Origin: Promethearchaeia archaeon
GTDB taxonomy: Archaea > Asgardarchaeota > Lokiarchaeia > Sigyniarchaeales > SOKP01
Length of the DNA: 64,000 nucleotides
Assembly (NCBI GenBank): GCA_029856155.1
Contig: JAHQWL010000096.1
Span: forward strand, 1 to 64,000
Reading direction: 5' to 3'
In this document: positions 39,024-49,799 of the stretch, piece after piece
How positions within the stretch are numbered: the first letter of the stretch is position 1
Layout: each line of letters opens with the position of its first letter
Translations under genes and position numbers: made by a program
Notes under the pieces: generated by a model
The model's database searches: none
The model's input: only the letters and a program-made list of their open reading frames with translations
Told to the model about the DNA's origin: nothing

Positions 39024-39129
39024 TATCGTATTAGTTGTTTTCTTTTTCTTTAAAGATGTATAAATGATTTATTAAACATTACAACGATTTCTAAAAAAAA
39101 TTGGCTTTTAAAAATGTAATTTTAGAATT

Positions 39130-39729
39130 ATGTTCATGATTATTGATCACTGTGACAAGACAATCAGTATAAAAATCGTGTATTTTGGGCCTGCTTATTC
39201 AGGTAAGACTACTTCTATTAAAGCTTTATTCTCTCACTTTGGTAAGGATGAAGCATTACAAAGTATCGAAAGTACAGTAAAAAGAACCTTATTTTTCGAT
39301 TATGGAACAGTTACATTTCAAAATGAAGAATGGAAGTTGAAACTCCATATTTATACTACAACTGGCCAGGATTTCTATTTGATTACCAGACCGATCACCT
39401 TAAGAGCAGTTGATGGAATCATTCTCGTGTTAGATTCTCAAGAAGAAGTATATGAACGTAATCTTATTTCTTGGAATGAACTTATGTCATATTTTAGAGA
39501 TAGTATTGATGATATTCCAATAATAATTGCATTTAACAAACAAGATCTACCAGAGAAATTCAGTCCTGGAGATTTCTTAAAGGAAATTGATTTTCACAAA
39601 TTTAAGAATATGGAATCAAAATATACTATTGCGGTTAGTGGAGAGGGAATACTTGATTGTTTTGAAGATGTACTGAGATTGATACTAAGGAAATTTTGTA
39701 AACATAGATTAGTTTCAGCTATAAATTGA
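39130..39729 (+). CDS. Small GTPase, MglA-like
   Basis: KIVYFGPAYSGKTT, RTLFFDY, YTTTGQ, NKQDL. Confidence 0.88.
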   Translation: MFMIIDHCDKTISIKIVYFGPAYSGKTTSIKALFSHFGKDEALQSIESTVKRTLFFDYGTVTFQNEEWKLKLHIYTTTGQDFYLITRPITLRAVDGIILVLDSQEEVYERNLISWNELMSYFRDSIDDIPIIIAFNKQDLPEKFSPGDFLKEIDFHKFKNMESKYTIAVSGEGILDCFEDVLRLILRKFCKHRLVSAIN

Positions 39730-39732
39730 CAC

Positions 39733-40644
39733 TTAATTTTCTGATCCAGAAGCTCGGTTAATGAAGTTTTTTATCCATTCAAATTTTGTAGGATTATGTT
39801 TCTTGGTTTCTTTAAGTAGTTTTTGAGCTTTTTCATTTTCAGGTTGAATTTCTAACAAGTAATTACAAAAATCTAATGTCATTTCATAGAACTCAAGCTC
39901 ATAAGATATCAATGCCAACTCAAGTAAAGCTTTAATATCGGATGGATTTTCTAATACAACAGTATTAAGATTTTTATTAAGTTCCATATACCCTTTAATA
40001 AATTTCAACACTTTTTCTGCCGGTTCTATAAGATCTTCATGCCCTTCACACGATATATCGATTTTTAACTCAAGTAATTTTTGCATTGATTTGAGATAAG
40101 CGTCTAAATTCCCTCCTTGAAAATTAATAGCTATTCCCGGCAGATCTCCACCAAAAAGAATCTTTTTACCACTTGTTTCTAAAAGATATGCTACAGATCC
40201 GGGAGTGTGTCCAGGAATGTGAATACATTTAAACTCATAATTCCCAAATTTCAAAATCTCGTTATCATTTTTTATAATTCTATTAATTTTAATAGGTTCA
40301 TATTTATAATCTGCATACATTTGAGCAATATTAGGATCTCTTATCTTTAGCTCATTATCTTCAGCATCTAGCTCGTGCGCATAAAATTTGATATCCTTGT
40401 TAAATTCTTTAAGTTTATTACAGACACCGTAATGGTCTATATGCCCGTGTGTTATAAGACAGTGCTTAATATCTTTTAGATCAAATCCATCTTCTTCTAT
40501 AACCCGCAGTAATTCAATGTCCATTCCTGCATCAATCAAGATTAAACCTTCATCACTTTTGGTGTCGACCATGTAAACACAGCACCCTGAACCATTAGGA
40601 TCATATGGATTAACTATATAAACATTATCTAAAATATTTCTCAT
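39733..40644 (-). CDS. MBL-fold hydrolase with C-terminal TPR-like segment
   Basis: THGHIDH, IPGHTPG, GGD, EGH; helical C-terminus. Confidence 0.88.
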   Translation of the reverse strand: MRNILDNVYIVNPYDPNGSGCCVYMVDTKSDEGLILIDAGMDIELLRVIEEDGFDLKDIKHCLITHGHIDHYGVCNKLKEFNKDIKFYAHELDAEDNELKIRDPNIAQMYADYKYEPIKINRIIKNDNEILKFGNYEFKCIHIPGHTPGSVAYLLETSGKKILFGGDLPGIAINFQGGNLDAYLKSMQKLLELKIDISCEGHEDLIEPAEKVLKFIKGYMELNKNLNTVVLENPSDIKALLELALISYELEFYEMTLDFCNYLLEIQPENEKAQKLLKETKKHNPTKFEWIKNFINRASGSEN

Positions 40645-40844
40645 TTCTATCACGAATAATATTGGAATATAAAGTGAATTTAAATATTTACTATTTTTAA
40701 AAATGTTTTGCTTAATGTAATTGTCATGTAGAAATATTTATGCTATTATATTTACAATTTCTAACATTTAAGTAGAATAAATCTTTCTTCGTTTTAATTT
40801 CAAACTACTAAAAATGATAGAAGTTTATTATAATAGTGGTTTTC

Positions 40845-40997
40845 GTGAAGTTTATTGAAGAACCTTGTGAGTGATCTAGAACTTGCCTTATAAAATGCCC
40901 TTATATAGAAATCTCAGCAGAAAAAGCTATACGTAAAGATAAAGTTATAGTTAAAAACGGGAAAATTCAACAAATACAATTTATCATTAGGGAGTAG
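40845..40997 (+). pseudogene. Decayed 5' fragment of an Fe-S protein gene
   Basis: GTG start, MKFIEEPCE*SRTCLIKCPYIEISAEKAI: a broken CxxCxxCxxxCP motif with an in-frame TGA at 40872. Confidence 0.55.
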
Positions 40998-41063
40998 GTT
41001 TTTATAAAAAATGTATTGTTTAACCAATTATTTATATTTATATTTAAAATTAAGTGATTAATT

Positions 41064-41654
41064 ATGAGTTTAAAATTAGAAGATGTTAAAAAAGAAGATA
41101 GAGGAATTCTTGCTCCATGTGGTATTGTCTGTTTAGGATGTGATACTTATACTGGAGAAGGGTTAGAAGCGGCAAAAAAACTTAAAAGTATTTGGGAAGG
41201 AGGAAATATGGTAGATACTAGTATGGCAATTGGATTAAATCCTGAAGAAATAAACGTTACCTTAGAGACAATAAATAAATTCATTAAAGTCAGTGATAAA
41301 GGAAAGTGTCCTGGATGTTATATCGGAGGGTTTGCATCACAATTTTGTGGTATTGCGAAATGTGTTAAAGCCAAAGGGTACTGGACATGTGCTGAATGTG
41401 ATGATTATGATCCCTCAGCAGAACCTCCTTGTCCAAATGAAGATCCTAATCCCGTACCAATGGCAAATAAAGCTCAAATGACTAATATGATTTGTATGAG
41501 ATATAGTAGAGATACATGTAATAATTTGAAAAGATGTCGTGATATTGGTTATGATGCCTTTATTAAGGAAGCTAGAAAAAAGGTTGAAAATGGTTGGAGA
41601 ACTTGGCAAGTCATCAGTGATGAGATGGTTTTTACAAAAGCATTCAAAAAATAG
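41064..41654 (+). CDS. Cys-rich DUF3795-like protein
   Basis: APCGIVC.GC, CPGC, CGIAKC...KG..TCAEC. Confidence 0.8.
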   Translation: MSLKLEDVKKEDRGILAPCGIVCLGCDTYTGEGLEAAKKLKSIWEGGNMVDTSMAIGLNPEEINVTLETINKFIKVSDKGKCPGCYIGGFASQFCGIAKCVKAKGYWTCAECDDYDPSAEPPCPNEDPNPVPMANKAQMTNMICMRYSRDTCNNLKRCRDIGYDAFIKEARKKVENGWRTWQVISDEMVFTKAFKK

Positions 41655-42125
41655 TTATAAAACTCGAACTTCCGATTGTTGTTGAAGGGTTTTTATTGGT
41701 CTTAAAACTACGCATACTCTCTCAACACTTTTTACATCTGCACGGGCACGAAATGATTCTATTAACGCATCTAGCTCAGTTATTTCAGGTACATTGACTT
41801 TTATTAAAACACCACATTCTCCCGCGAGAAAATAAACCTCCTCACATTGAGGTAGAATTTGGGCTTCTCTTAATAATTCTTTTGTCTCAGCTAAGCTCTT
41901 TGGAATAAGTGTGAGGAATACTATAATGCATCTCTCATCTTCGCGACAAATCTTTATAGTAAACTTTTCAATTACCCCTTCTTCTTGCAGTTTGATAACT
42001 CGTTTTCTTACAGTCGATTCAGATAATTGTATTTTTTCATCTGCTGCTATTTCGTGATATGGTCTTCTAGAATCCGCAAGAAGCATTTCAAGGATTCTTT
42101 TATCCTTATCATCTAAATTTTTCAT
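41655..42125 (-). CDS. Lrp/AsnC family transcriptional regulator
   Basis: LDDKDKRIL..L..DSR....EIA....LSESTVRKRV.KL...GVI; RAM domain. Confidence 0.93.
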   Translation of the reverse strand: MKNLDDKDKRILEMLLADSRRPYHEIAADEKIQLSESTVRKRVIKLQEEGVIEKFTIKICREDERCIIVFLTLIPKSLAETKELLREAQILPQCEEVYFLAGECGVLIKVNVPEITELDALIESFRARADVKSVERVCVVLRPIKTLQQQSEVRVL

Positions 42126-42221
42126 TTTTATTCATTCTTATATTTTTTTTTTACTAAATTCAAAAAAAATTATATTCTAAATTTAAAGAAAATTATAATT
42201 TTCTATTAAGTATTGTTGATA

Positions 42222-43154
42222 TCAAAAATCTTTGAGAAGTGGTCCAAATAACCTTTCGTAGTGGACTGCCATGCAATGAATACCTGCGGCTTTAGTAGTT
42301 TTCTTGATTTCTTTAATAAATGGTTCGTAAAATTCTAGATTAATTTTATCGATCGCAGCATATTTTTCTTGTTTATCTTTTATTTTTTTAGTTGCCTTTA
42401 GAGCATTTAAAAAATCTTTGGGAACAGAAACACCAGGAATATATTCATTAAAATACCACGCAATCCCATAGTTTTTTATTGGAAACAACCCAAGTAAAAT
42501 TGGAGTATTATATTTTTCTAATTCCTTTAGAAACTCCTTAGCATCATCAATATCAAATGAAGTTTGGGTTTGAATGAAATCTGCTCCTATTTCTACCTTT
42601 CTCCCAACTTTTAAAATTTCTGGCTCTCTTGGATTTGAATTTGGATTTGCAGCACAACCAACGTTTATTTGCGGTTTTCCTCCTACTATCTCATTTCCTT
42701 CTAAATCAGTTCCTTCATCAACCATTTTTGAAACGAGATCTATCAATTGAGTAGAATCTAGATCATATACAGGTCTAGCATTTTGGTGATCTCCAAGGGC
42801 AGAATGATCACCTGTTAATGCAAGTAGATTTTTAAGACCGAGAATTGCACCACCTAAAATATCACCAAATAGAGCAATTCTATTTCTATCTCGAACAGTC
42901 ATCTGCCAGATAGCTTCTAATCCGACTTTTTCTTGAACTAGATAGCAAGGAACCATGGAACATGTATAAGCATCTCCTTGAGGACCATCTGTAACATTAG
43001 CGGCAACGATTTTTCCAGTATTTTTCATTGCTTCTGCAGACTTCAGAACATGTGTTAAATCAAAATCTTTTTCAGGTTCTAATTCGCCAGTGAATACAAA
43101 TTTTCCTTCTTTAATATTCTTTACTAAATTACTATAAGCGGGTCTTTTTGGCAT
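42222..43154 (-). CDS. metF: Methylenetetrahydrofolate reductase MetF (copy 2, in the hdr operon)
   Basis: GELEP, NVTDG, QMTVRDRN, LTGDH, FIQTQ; ATG 43154 just after the metV stop, SD AGGAGG. Confidence 0.92.
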   Translation of the reverse strand: MPKRPAYSNLVKNIKEGKFVFTGELEPEKDFDLTHVLKSAEAMKNTGKIVAANVTDGPQGDAYTCSMVPCYLVQEKVGLEAIWQMTVRDRNRIALFGDILGGAILGLKNLLALTGDHSALGDHQNARPVYDLDSTQLIDLVSKMVDEGTDLEGNEIVGGKPQINVGCAANPNSNPREPEILKVGRKVEIGADFIQTQTSFDIDDAKEFLKELEKYNTPILLGLFPIKNYGIAWYFNEYIPGVSVPKDFLNALKATKKIKDKQEKYAAIDKINLEFYEPFIKEIKKTTKAAGIHCMAVHYERLFGPLLKDF

Positions 43155-43155
43155 T

Positions 43156-43854
43156 TTATACTTTCTCCTCCTTTTTCGGTTCTTCCACATTTGAACTTGG
43201 TTCATAAATATGTAAAAATCGTGGACTCGACCATATGCGGTAATTACGTGGTGGTCTATATGTTGTAAATAGATCTAATCTGTTAAATTTCTTCAGACGT
43301 TCCCACATTTTCACCCAAGCACAATCATATATATATCCTCCAACTTCACATTTACCATCGACTTGTCCTCCACAAGGACCGTTACTCAGGTTTTTAGCAC
43401 ACCCCGCCATCGGACAAATACCTCCTGTAACTCCAAGTAAACAATCCCCACATGTTTCGCAATATTCAGCAAAATAATTTTCTCCATTATTCTCTACACC
43501 TCCAAACATACTATTTTGTGCTGGAAAAGTGAGAATTGTAGGAATGATTCTATTTAACATTCCTACGCCTAAACCACATGCTAATGAAACAATTGCATCA
43601 TACTCTTCAATAAACGGTCTTAATGTTGTAGCAGCAATTCTGTCATCACATTGTCTTAAAACTGTGATGGCTTTCCATTTTAAATCTTTTCCATTACTCC
43701 TTGCTTTTAATTCTAACATTTGTGCTAATACTTTTGCTTCATTAATTGAACGTGGAGGTTGACAACATCCATCACAACCAGCCACTAGAATTTTTGAATA
43801 TGGTTTTATCATTTCATATATTTCTTCAATATCTTTTTGTTTAGTTATAATCAT
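43156..43854 (-). CDS. metV: MetV (copy 2)
   Basis: MIIT.QK, GCDGC, RQCD, ACGLGV, CETCGDC.L..TGGICP..GC.K.L.NGPCGG. Confidence 0.9.
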   Translation of the reverse strand: MIITKQKDIEEIYEMIKPYSKILVAGCDGCCQPPRSINEAKVLAQMLELKARSNGKDLKWKAITVLRQCDDRIAATTLRPFIEEYDAIVSLACGLGVGMLNRIIPTILTFPAQNSMFGGVENNGENYFAEYCETCGDCLLGVTGGICPMAGCAKNLSNGPCGGQVDGKCEVGGYIYDCAWVKMWERLKKFNRLDLFTTYRPPRNYRIWSSPRFLHIYEPSSNVEEPKKEEKV

Positions 43855-43892
43855 TTTAAAAAACTCTTAATTTTATTAATTTGATAATTAAA

Positions 43893-46800
43893 TCATTTTG
43901 TTATAAGAATTTCTTCTTTTTTATAGTCATTTTCAATAGGACCTAACTTTTTTAATTTTTCGGTCAACCCTGTAATGGTTTCAGCAAATAATTTCCCTTC
44001 ACTCGCAGAGATCCATTTTCGCATGAACCTTTCTGGATTGATTCCAAGAGATTCTAATATTTTTTCAATTTCATTAGTTCTTCTTAAAGCATCTTGATTT
44101 CCCGCGATGTAGTGGCAATCGCCGAGATGGCATCCACCAACAAAAACACCATCAGCACCTTCTAAAAATGCTTGCAATATGAAGCTCTTTGGAATACCAC
44201 CAGAACACATAACCCTTATTGTCCTTATATTTGGAGGATATTGATACCGACTTACTCCAGCTAAATCAGCACCGGCATAACTACACCAGTTACAGAGAAA
44301 AGCAACAATTCTTGGTCGTCCATCTGAAAGTGAAGTTTTTGCAGCTTCAGTTATCATTGGTTCAATTTGAATACGTCCGAAGTGACTCATTGTTATAGCT
44401 TCTGCGGGACATTCAGCAGCACAATCTCCACAACCTTTGCAAAGTAAAGGATTAACTTCAGAGATCATTAAACCTTCTTCATATTTTACACCAATTGCAC
44501 CATAATTACAAACTTCAGCACATCTATTACAACCAATACATAAAGCAGGATCAACCTTAGAAATGATACCTTCAGTTATTAAGATATCTTTAGATAAAAT
44601 TGTGGTGGCTCTAGAGGCGGCAGACATTGCTTGTGCTATACTTTCACTTATTGTTGCAGTTCCACGAGCAGTACCACATAAAAAGATACCATCAGTAGCG
44701 AAATCTGATGGTCGGAGCTTTACGTGAGCCTCTAAGAAAAAATTATCATCATTGATAGGAACCTTCAACATTTTTGCTATATTTTCGTTTATTTCGCCAT
44801 CAGCAACTATACCGGCGCTTAGAGCGACTAAATCCGCATTTATCTTGATATTTCCAATATCCGGTTTATCTATATAAATAGCTAATTTACCATTTTCTAG
44901 CTTTATTTCTGGAGGTTTATCATCTTTAAACCTAAGAAAAATTACTCCTTTTTCTCTTGCTAAATTATAATATTTTTCTTTAAAACCATAAGTTCTTATA
45001 TCTCTATATAGAACAGTGATATTAAGATTTGGATTAATTTCTTTTGCTTTTAATGCATTTTTAATGGCTTCACTACAGCATATTCTACTACAATAAGGAT
45101 GCTCTTCATTCCTTGATCCAACACACTGGATCATTACGACTGATTTTAGATCATTAATTTTTTCTTCTTCAGTAAAGAGAATTTTCTCAAGTTCTGATTG
45201 TAATATAACTCTATTATCATTATCAAAAAGAAATTCATTATTTTTAGGTTGATATTCCTGAGCTCCCGTAGCAACTATAATAATACCGTGCTGGAATTCT
45301 TTCTTTTGTTTCTCTTTACCATAAGTAATTTTGGTTGTAAAATTACAAACATATCCTCCTATTGAACTAATTTTAGCATTTAGAAATACATTAATGAGCT
45401 TATGATCGTTAACTTTCTTAATTAAATCTTCAAGAAATTCTTGAACGTCATAATTTTCTATAGTTTGATAAATATTATTAGAAAAACCCCCTAATTTTTC
45501 ACTTTTCTCTACGAGGAACACTTCAAATCCTTGATTTGCAAGGTTTAAAGCTGCTGACATCCCAGAAACACCTCCTCCAATTACCATTCCCTTGTGAATT
45601 ACTTCTACTTGTTGTTCTTGAAGAGGGACTAATTTTCGAGCTTTTGCAACAGCCATTCTCACTAAATCCTTTGCTTTTTCTGTTGCTTTCTCTGGTTCAT
45701 GCATATGTACCCATGAACATTGATCACGTATATTTGCTAAATCGAAGAGATATTTATTCAAACCTGCCTCTCTAATGGTTTCTTGAAATAATGGTTCATG
45801 AGTTCTTGGTGTACATGAAGCAACTATTACTCTATTTAAATTATACTCTTTGATTTTTTCTTTAATATTAGTTTGAGTATCAGCAGAGCATGTATATAAA
45901 TTTCTTTCTGCGTAAATTACATCATGTAATTGATTTGCATATTCGACAACTTCAGGAACATCTACAACTCCTCCAATATTAATGCCACAATGACATATAA
46001 AGACACCGATGCGAGGTGGTTCTCCACTTGTATCAATTTCTTTTGGTAATTCTTTTTCAGTGATTAATGTGTTCCTAACATCAGATAAAAGAATATTCAC
46101 TGCACCTGCGGCAGCACTCGCCTCCACAACTGTTTCTGGAATATCTTTAGGTTCTGAAATCATACCACATACATAAATTCCTTCTCTGGATGTCTCTACG
46201 GGGGAGAATGGTTTTGTCTTACAGAAATCATAATCATTCAATTCAATATTTAATTTTTTTGCTAACTCTTTTGTGCTATGATTTGGTAAAGCTCCTACTG
46301 CTAAAACAACTAAATTAAAAACCTCACTAACTACTTTTCCATCTTCATTTTCAAAATGAAGTAATAGATCTTTTGTTTCAGGTATTTCCTTAGTATCCGA
46401 AATTCTACTTCTAATATATCTTATACCATATTCATTTTGAGCACGTTCAATATATTTATCGAAATCTTTTCCAACAGCTCTCACATCCATTGAAAAAATC
46501 GTGGGTTCAATAATTTCCATATGTTCTTTCGCAATTACAGCTTCTTTAGCGGTATACATACAACAAACTGAAGAACAATATTCTGCACCATGTTTTTTAT
46601 CCCTAGACCCTACACATTGTAGGAATGCTACTTTTTTTGGAATTATTCCGTCTGACGGTCTGAGGATAAGCCCCGAATGAGGACCACTTGCGCTTAAAAT
46701 CCGTTCAAATTCAATACTAGTGACTACATTCAAATATTTACTGTATCCATATTGTTGGGTAAGACTAGGGTCATATTCATCAAACCCAAGTGCTAAAACA

Positions 46801-47354
46801 ATAGCTCCAACATTCAGAGTAGTAAATTTATCTTCAAGAGTGTAATCTATTGCTTTAGCTTTACAAACTCCTTTACAAAAACCACATCCTATACATATTT
46901 CTTGGTCTATCGAAAAAACCAATGGAACTGCTTGTGGAAATTTTACAGATATTGCTGCTCTATTTGATAATCCTTCATTAAAGAAATCGATTGCCTCTAC
47001 AGGACATTCTTGTGCGCACACCCCACAACCAGTACACTTCTCTTGATCTAATAACAACGTATTTTGTCGCAGATCTACAGAAAAATTTCCGGGATTTCCT
47101 TCAATTTTTTCTAAAGTGGTATTAATTAAAAGTGTAATATTTTCATGACGCCCCGCAGCAACTAATTTAGGAGCGAGGATACATATAGAACAATCATTCG
47201 TAGGAAAAGTTTTATCTAATTGAGACATAACACCTCCTATACTCATTGAAGATTCAATTAAATAAACTTTAAAGCCTGAGTCTGCCAAATCCATTGAAGC
47301 TTGGATACCTGCTATTCCTCCTCCTATTACTAGAACTGCACCAATTTTTTCCAT
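43893..47354 (-). CDS. hdrA: Large HdrA-family flavoprotein (two FAD modules) fused to a C-terminal MvhD domain
   Basis: GGGIAG and GGGVSG Rossmann motifs, [12 protein letters not shown], two QCVGSR/YCS..CC clusters, ferredoxin motifs, C-terminal [12 protein letters not shown]...RVMCSG...GCHLGDCHY. Confidence 0.95.
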   Translation of the reverse strand: MEKIGAVLVIGGGIAGIQASMDLADSGFKVYLIESSMSIGGVMSQLDKTFPTNDCSICILAPKLVAAGRHENITLLINTTLEKIEGNPGNFSVDLRQNTLLLDQEKCTGCGVCAQECPVEAIDFFNEGLSNRAAISVKFPQAVPLVFSIDQEICIGCGFCKGVCKAKAIDYTLEDKFTTLNVGAIVLALGFDEYDPSLTQQYGYSKYLNVVTSIEFERILSASGPHSGLILRPSDGIIPKKVAFLQCVGSRDKKHGAEYCSSVCCMYTAKEAVIAKEHMEIIEPTIFSMDVRAVGKDFDKYIERAQNEYGIRYIRSRISDTKEIPETKDLLLHFENEDGKVVSEVFNLVVLAVGALPNHSTKELAKKLNIELNDYDFCKTKPFSPVETSREGIYVCGMISEPKDIPETVVEASAAAGAVNILLSDVRNTLITEKELPKEIDTSGEPPRIGVFICHCGINIGGVVDVPEVVEYANQLHDVIYAERNLYTCSADTQTNIKEKIKEYNLNRVIVASCTPRTHEPLFQETIREAGLNKYLFDLANIRDQCSWVHMHEPEKATEKAKDLVRMAVAKARKLVPLQEQQVEVIHKGMVIGGGVSGMSAALNLANQGFEVFLVEKSEKLGGFSNNIYQTIENYDVQEFLEDLIKKVNDHKLINVFLNAKISSIGGYVCNFTTKITYGKEKQKKEFQHGIIIVATGAQEYQPKNNEFLFDNDNRVILQSELEKILFTEEEKINDLKSVVMIQCVGSRNEEHPYCSRICCSEAIKNALKAKEINPNLNITVLYRDIRTYGFKEKYYNLAREKGVIFLRFKDDKPPEIKLENGKLAIYIDKPDIGNIKINADLVALSAGIVADGEINENIAKMLKVPINDDNFFLEAHVKLRPSDFATDGIFLCGTARGTATISESIAQAMSAASRATTILSKDILITEGIISKVDPALCIGCNRCAEVCNYGAIGVKYEEGLMISEVNPLLCKGCGDCAAECPAEAITMSHFGRIQIEPMITEAAKTSLSDGRPRIVAFLCNWCSYAGADLAGVSRYQYPPNIRTIRVMCSGGIPKSFILQAFLEGADGVFVGGCHLGDCHYIAGNQDALRRTNEIEKILESLGINPERFMRKWISASEGKLFAETITGLTEKLKKLGPIENDYKKEEILITK

Positions 47355-47356
47355 CT

Positions 47357-48127
47357 TTAAACCTCTTTAATTGATATAAAAGTGGGAATTTCCTCATTTA
47401 TTTGATCAACATCAACTAAACCTCGAGCTCGAAGAGTTACAATATGTCGTAATACTTTGTGAGATTCAACACCAATTTCCTTTGCAATATCAGGGACAGA
47501 TTTACCTTCTTTCTTAATTTTTTCTAAAATTTTATGACGAATAATTTCATTTTCAATAGCATTATCAAGTATTTCCTCAAATTCTTCTATTGGTATTATT
47601 TCTCCATATACATTTCCATCTGTGGTTAATTCTCGTTGCCTAGCAACTAAAGCTCTTAACCTTGAATCACATAGGGCAAATTTAACAGCATTTAGATTAT
47701 CAATTATTTCTTTCTTTACATTATTATTTTTAACTGGAGATGGTCCCAATTTACGGATATGATCAGTAAAATCACTAACTATTTGAGCAAATCTATTTCC
47801 TTCTGCTGCAGAAACCCAATCAAGTCGAACTCGATCAGAGAAATCTATCATTGATAATGTTTTACTTAACATTTTCATTTTTATTTCTGCTTCATAATTA
47901 CCGCTTATATAATGACAATCTCCCAAATGGCATCCTAAAACAAGTACTCCATCAATCCCATTCATAAATGCTTCAGCTATAAATACGGGATCAACTCTTC
48001 CAGAACACATAACTCGAATAACTCTGACATTTGTTGGGTATTGGATTCGACTAACACCTGCTAAGTCTGCTCCAGCATAAGAGCACCAATTACATAAAAA
48101 ACCTAAAATTTTTGGTTCAAATACCAT
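47357..48127 (-). CDS. mvhD: MvhD [2Fe-2S] subunit with C-terminal wHTH-like extension
   Basis: [39 protein letters not shown]; extra about 125 aa ending [11 protein letters not shown]....VLRHI..LRARG. Confidence 0.93.
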   Translation of the reverse strand: MVFEPKILGFLCNWCSYAGADLAGVSRIQYPTNVRVIRVMCSGRVDPVFIAEAFMNGIDGVLVLGCHLGDCHYISGNYEAEIKMKMLSKTLSMIDFSDRVRLDWVSAAEGNRFAQIVSDFTDHIRKLGPSPVKNNNVKKEIIDNLNAVKFALCDSRLRALVARQRELTTDGNVYGEIIPIEEFEEILDNAIENEIIRHKILEKIKKEGKSVPDIAKEIGVESHKVLRHIVTLRARGLVDVDQINEEIPTFISIKEV

Positions 48128-49795
48128 TTATTCTCCACCTCCATAGGTTACAATTTCTGCAATAATTTGATCACTAGTAAAATGGTGTATGGTTATTGCA
48201 TTTTGCGGGCAACTAGCTCCACATAGTCCACACCCCTTACAAACAACTTTATTAACTACTACAGTATCTGTTTCCTCATCTTTAGATATTGCACTATAGG
48301 GACAAATTTTAATACACGCTTCACATCCCACACATAAATCTGTATTTACTTCGGCTGTAGAACCTTCTACTTCTAACATTTCTTTAGAAAGTATTGTACT
48401 TGCCCTAGAAGCTGCCGCATTTGATTGTGATATAGATTCTGAAATATCTGCTGGCCAATGAGCAGAACCACATACGAATATACCGTCTGTAGCAAAATCA
48501 ACAGGTCTTAATTTCACATGAGCTTCTAAAAAGAAGTGATTCTCTCCTAATGGTACTTTTAACATTTTAGCTAACTGCTCTGAATCTTCATTTGCAACAA
48601 GTGGCATTGATAATACAACAAGATCATAGGGAAATCCAATAACTTGATTCATAAATTCATTATAGACCTCAATACAATCTTTTTTAATTGTTGGAGGTTT
48701 TTCTGGTAAATATTTTATAAATAATATTCCCATTTCTCTTGCTCTTCTATAATATTCCTCATAGGTGACACCTTGAGTTTGAATATCTCTAAAAATTATA
48801 TTAACATTAGCATTTGGATTGTGTTCCTTGATTAAGATTGCATTTTTAAGAGCAGTCATACAGCATATATTAGAACAATATTTTCGTTCTTCATTTCTAC
48901 AACCAACACATTGAATCATAGTAGTATTATTGGTGCTGATTTTATTCTCTTTTAATATTCCTTCTAATTCTAATTGACTTATTATAGTCTTTCCATTATA
49001 ATTATAATATCCTTCTGGTGATAAAGCTTTTGCCCCCGTAGCTACAATAATAGCTCCTGCTTCAATTTCGATTGTTTTTTTATTTTGGAGAATAATTACT
49101 TTAAAATTCCCTACATATCCTTCAATTTTTTCTATTACAGCAGACTTATATACATCAATCTTTTTATGACTCTCTACTAAATTTCTTGTTTCTAATATAT
49201 TTGAAGCATCTTCATTAGTAGGATATACTTTATTTAGATGCCTAATTAAACCTCCTAGTTCAGCATCCCTCTCTATTAAACTTACTTTAAAATTTTGGTT
49301 TGCTAAATTTAATGCAGCATTCATTCCTGCGATCCCTCCTCCTATTACTATAGCAAAAGGAATTACACTAACTTGCGTTTTTTCTAATGATTCTAATAGG
49401 GCAGCCTTATAGACACCCATTCTAATGAGATCTTTAGCCTTTTCAGTTCCTTTTTCTGGTTCTTTCATATGAACCCAGGAATCTTGATCTCGAATGTTTA
49501 CCATTTCAAATAAATAGGGATTCAAACCTGCTTCTTGACAAGTTGATCTAAATAAGGGTTCATGAGTTCGAGGAGAACACGATGCTACAATAACACGATT
49601 TAAATTATATTCCTTTATATTTTTTCTTATCTCACTTAATCCAACCTCTGAACATGTATAAAGATTTGCATCACTATATACTACGTTAGGTAAAGTTTTG
49701 GTATATTCTGTTAACTCAGAAATATCTAAAACACCACCTATATTAGTACCACAATGACAAATAAAAACTCCAATTCTAATATCATCATCCGTCAT
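48128..49795 (-). CDS. hdrA: HdrA-family subunit (module 2: N-terminal Fe-S domain, FAD domain, C-terminal ferredoxin)
   Basis: [43 protein letters not shown], two CxxCxxCxxxCP motifs. Confidence 0.93.
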   Translation of the reverse strand: MTDDDIRIGVFICHCGTNIGGVLDISELTEYTKTLPNVVYSDANLYTCSEVGLSEIRKNIKEYNLNRVIVASCSPRTHEPLFRSTCQEAGLNPYLFEMVNIRDQDSWVHMKEPEKGTEKAKDLIRMGVYKAALLESLEKTQVSVIPFAIVIGGGIAGMNAALNLANQNFKVSLIERDAELGGLIRHLNKVYPTNEDASNILETRNLVESHKKIDVYKSAVIEKIEGYVGNFKVIILQNKKTIEIEAGAIIVATGAKALSPEGYYNYNGKTIISQLELEGILKENKISTNNTTMIQCVGCRNEERKYCSNICCMTALKNAILIKEHNPNANVNIIFRDIQTQGVTYEEYYRRAREMGILFIKYLPEKPPTIKKDCIEVYNEFMNQVIGFPYDLVVLSMPLVANEDSEQLAKMLKVPLGENHFFLEAHVKLRPVDFATDGIFVCGSAHWPADISESISQSNAAASRASTILSKEMLEVEGSTAEVNTDLCVGCEACIKICPYSAISKDEETDTVVVNKVVCKGCGLCGASCPQNAITIHHFTSDQIIAEIVTYGGGE

Positions 49796-49799
49796 TTTT

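Noticed and set aside
40845-40997. In-frame TGA inside a Cys motif as a possible selenocysteine
   Set aside because: The TGA sits at a non-ligand position, the expected second Cys is TCT (Ser), the frame ends after 50 codons and no SECIS-like hairpin is evident; it is better read as a pseudogene
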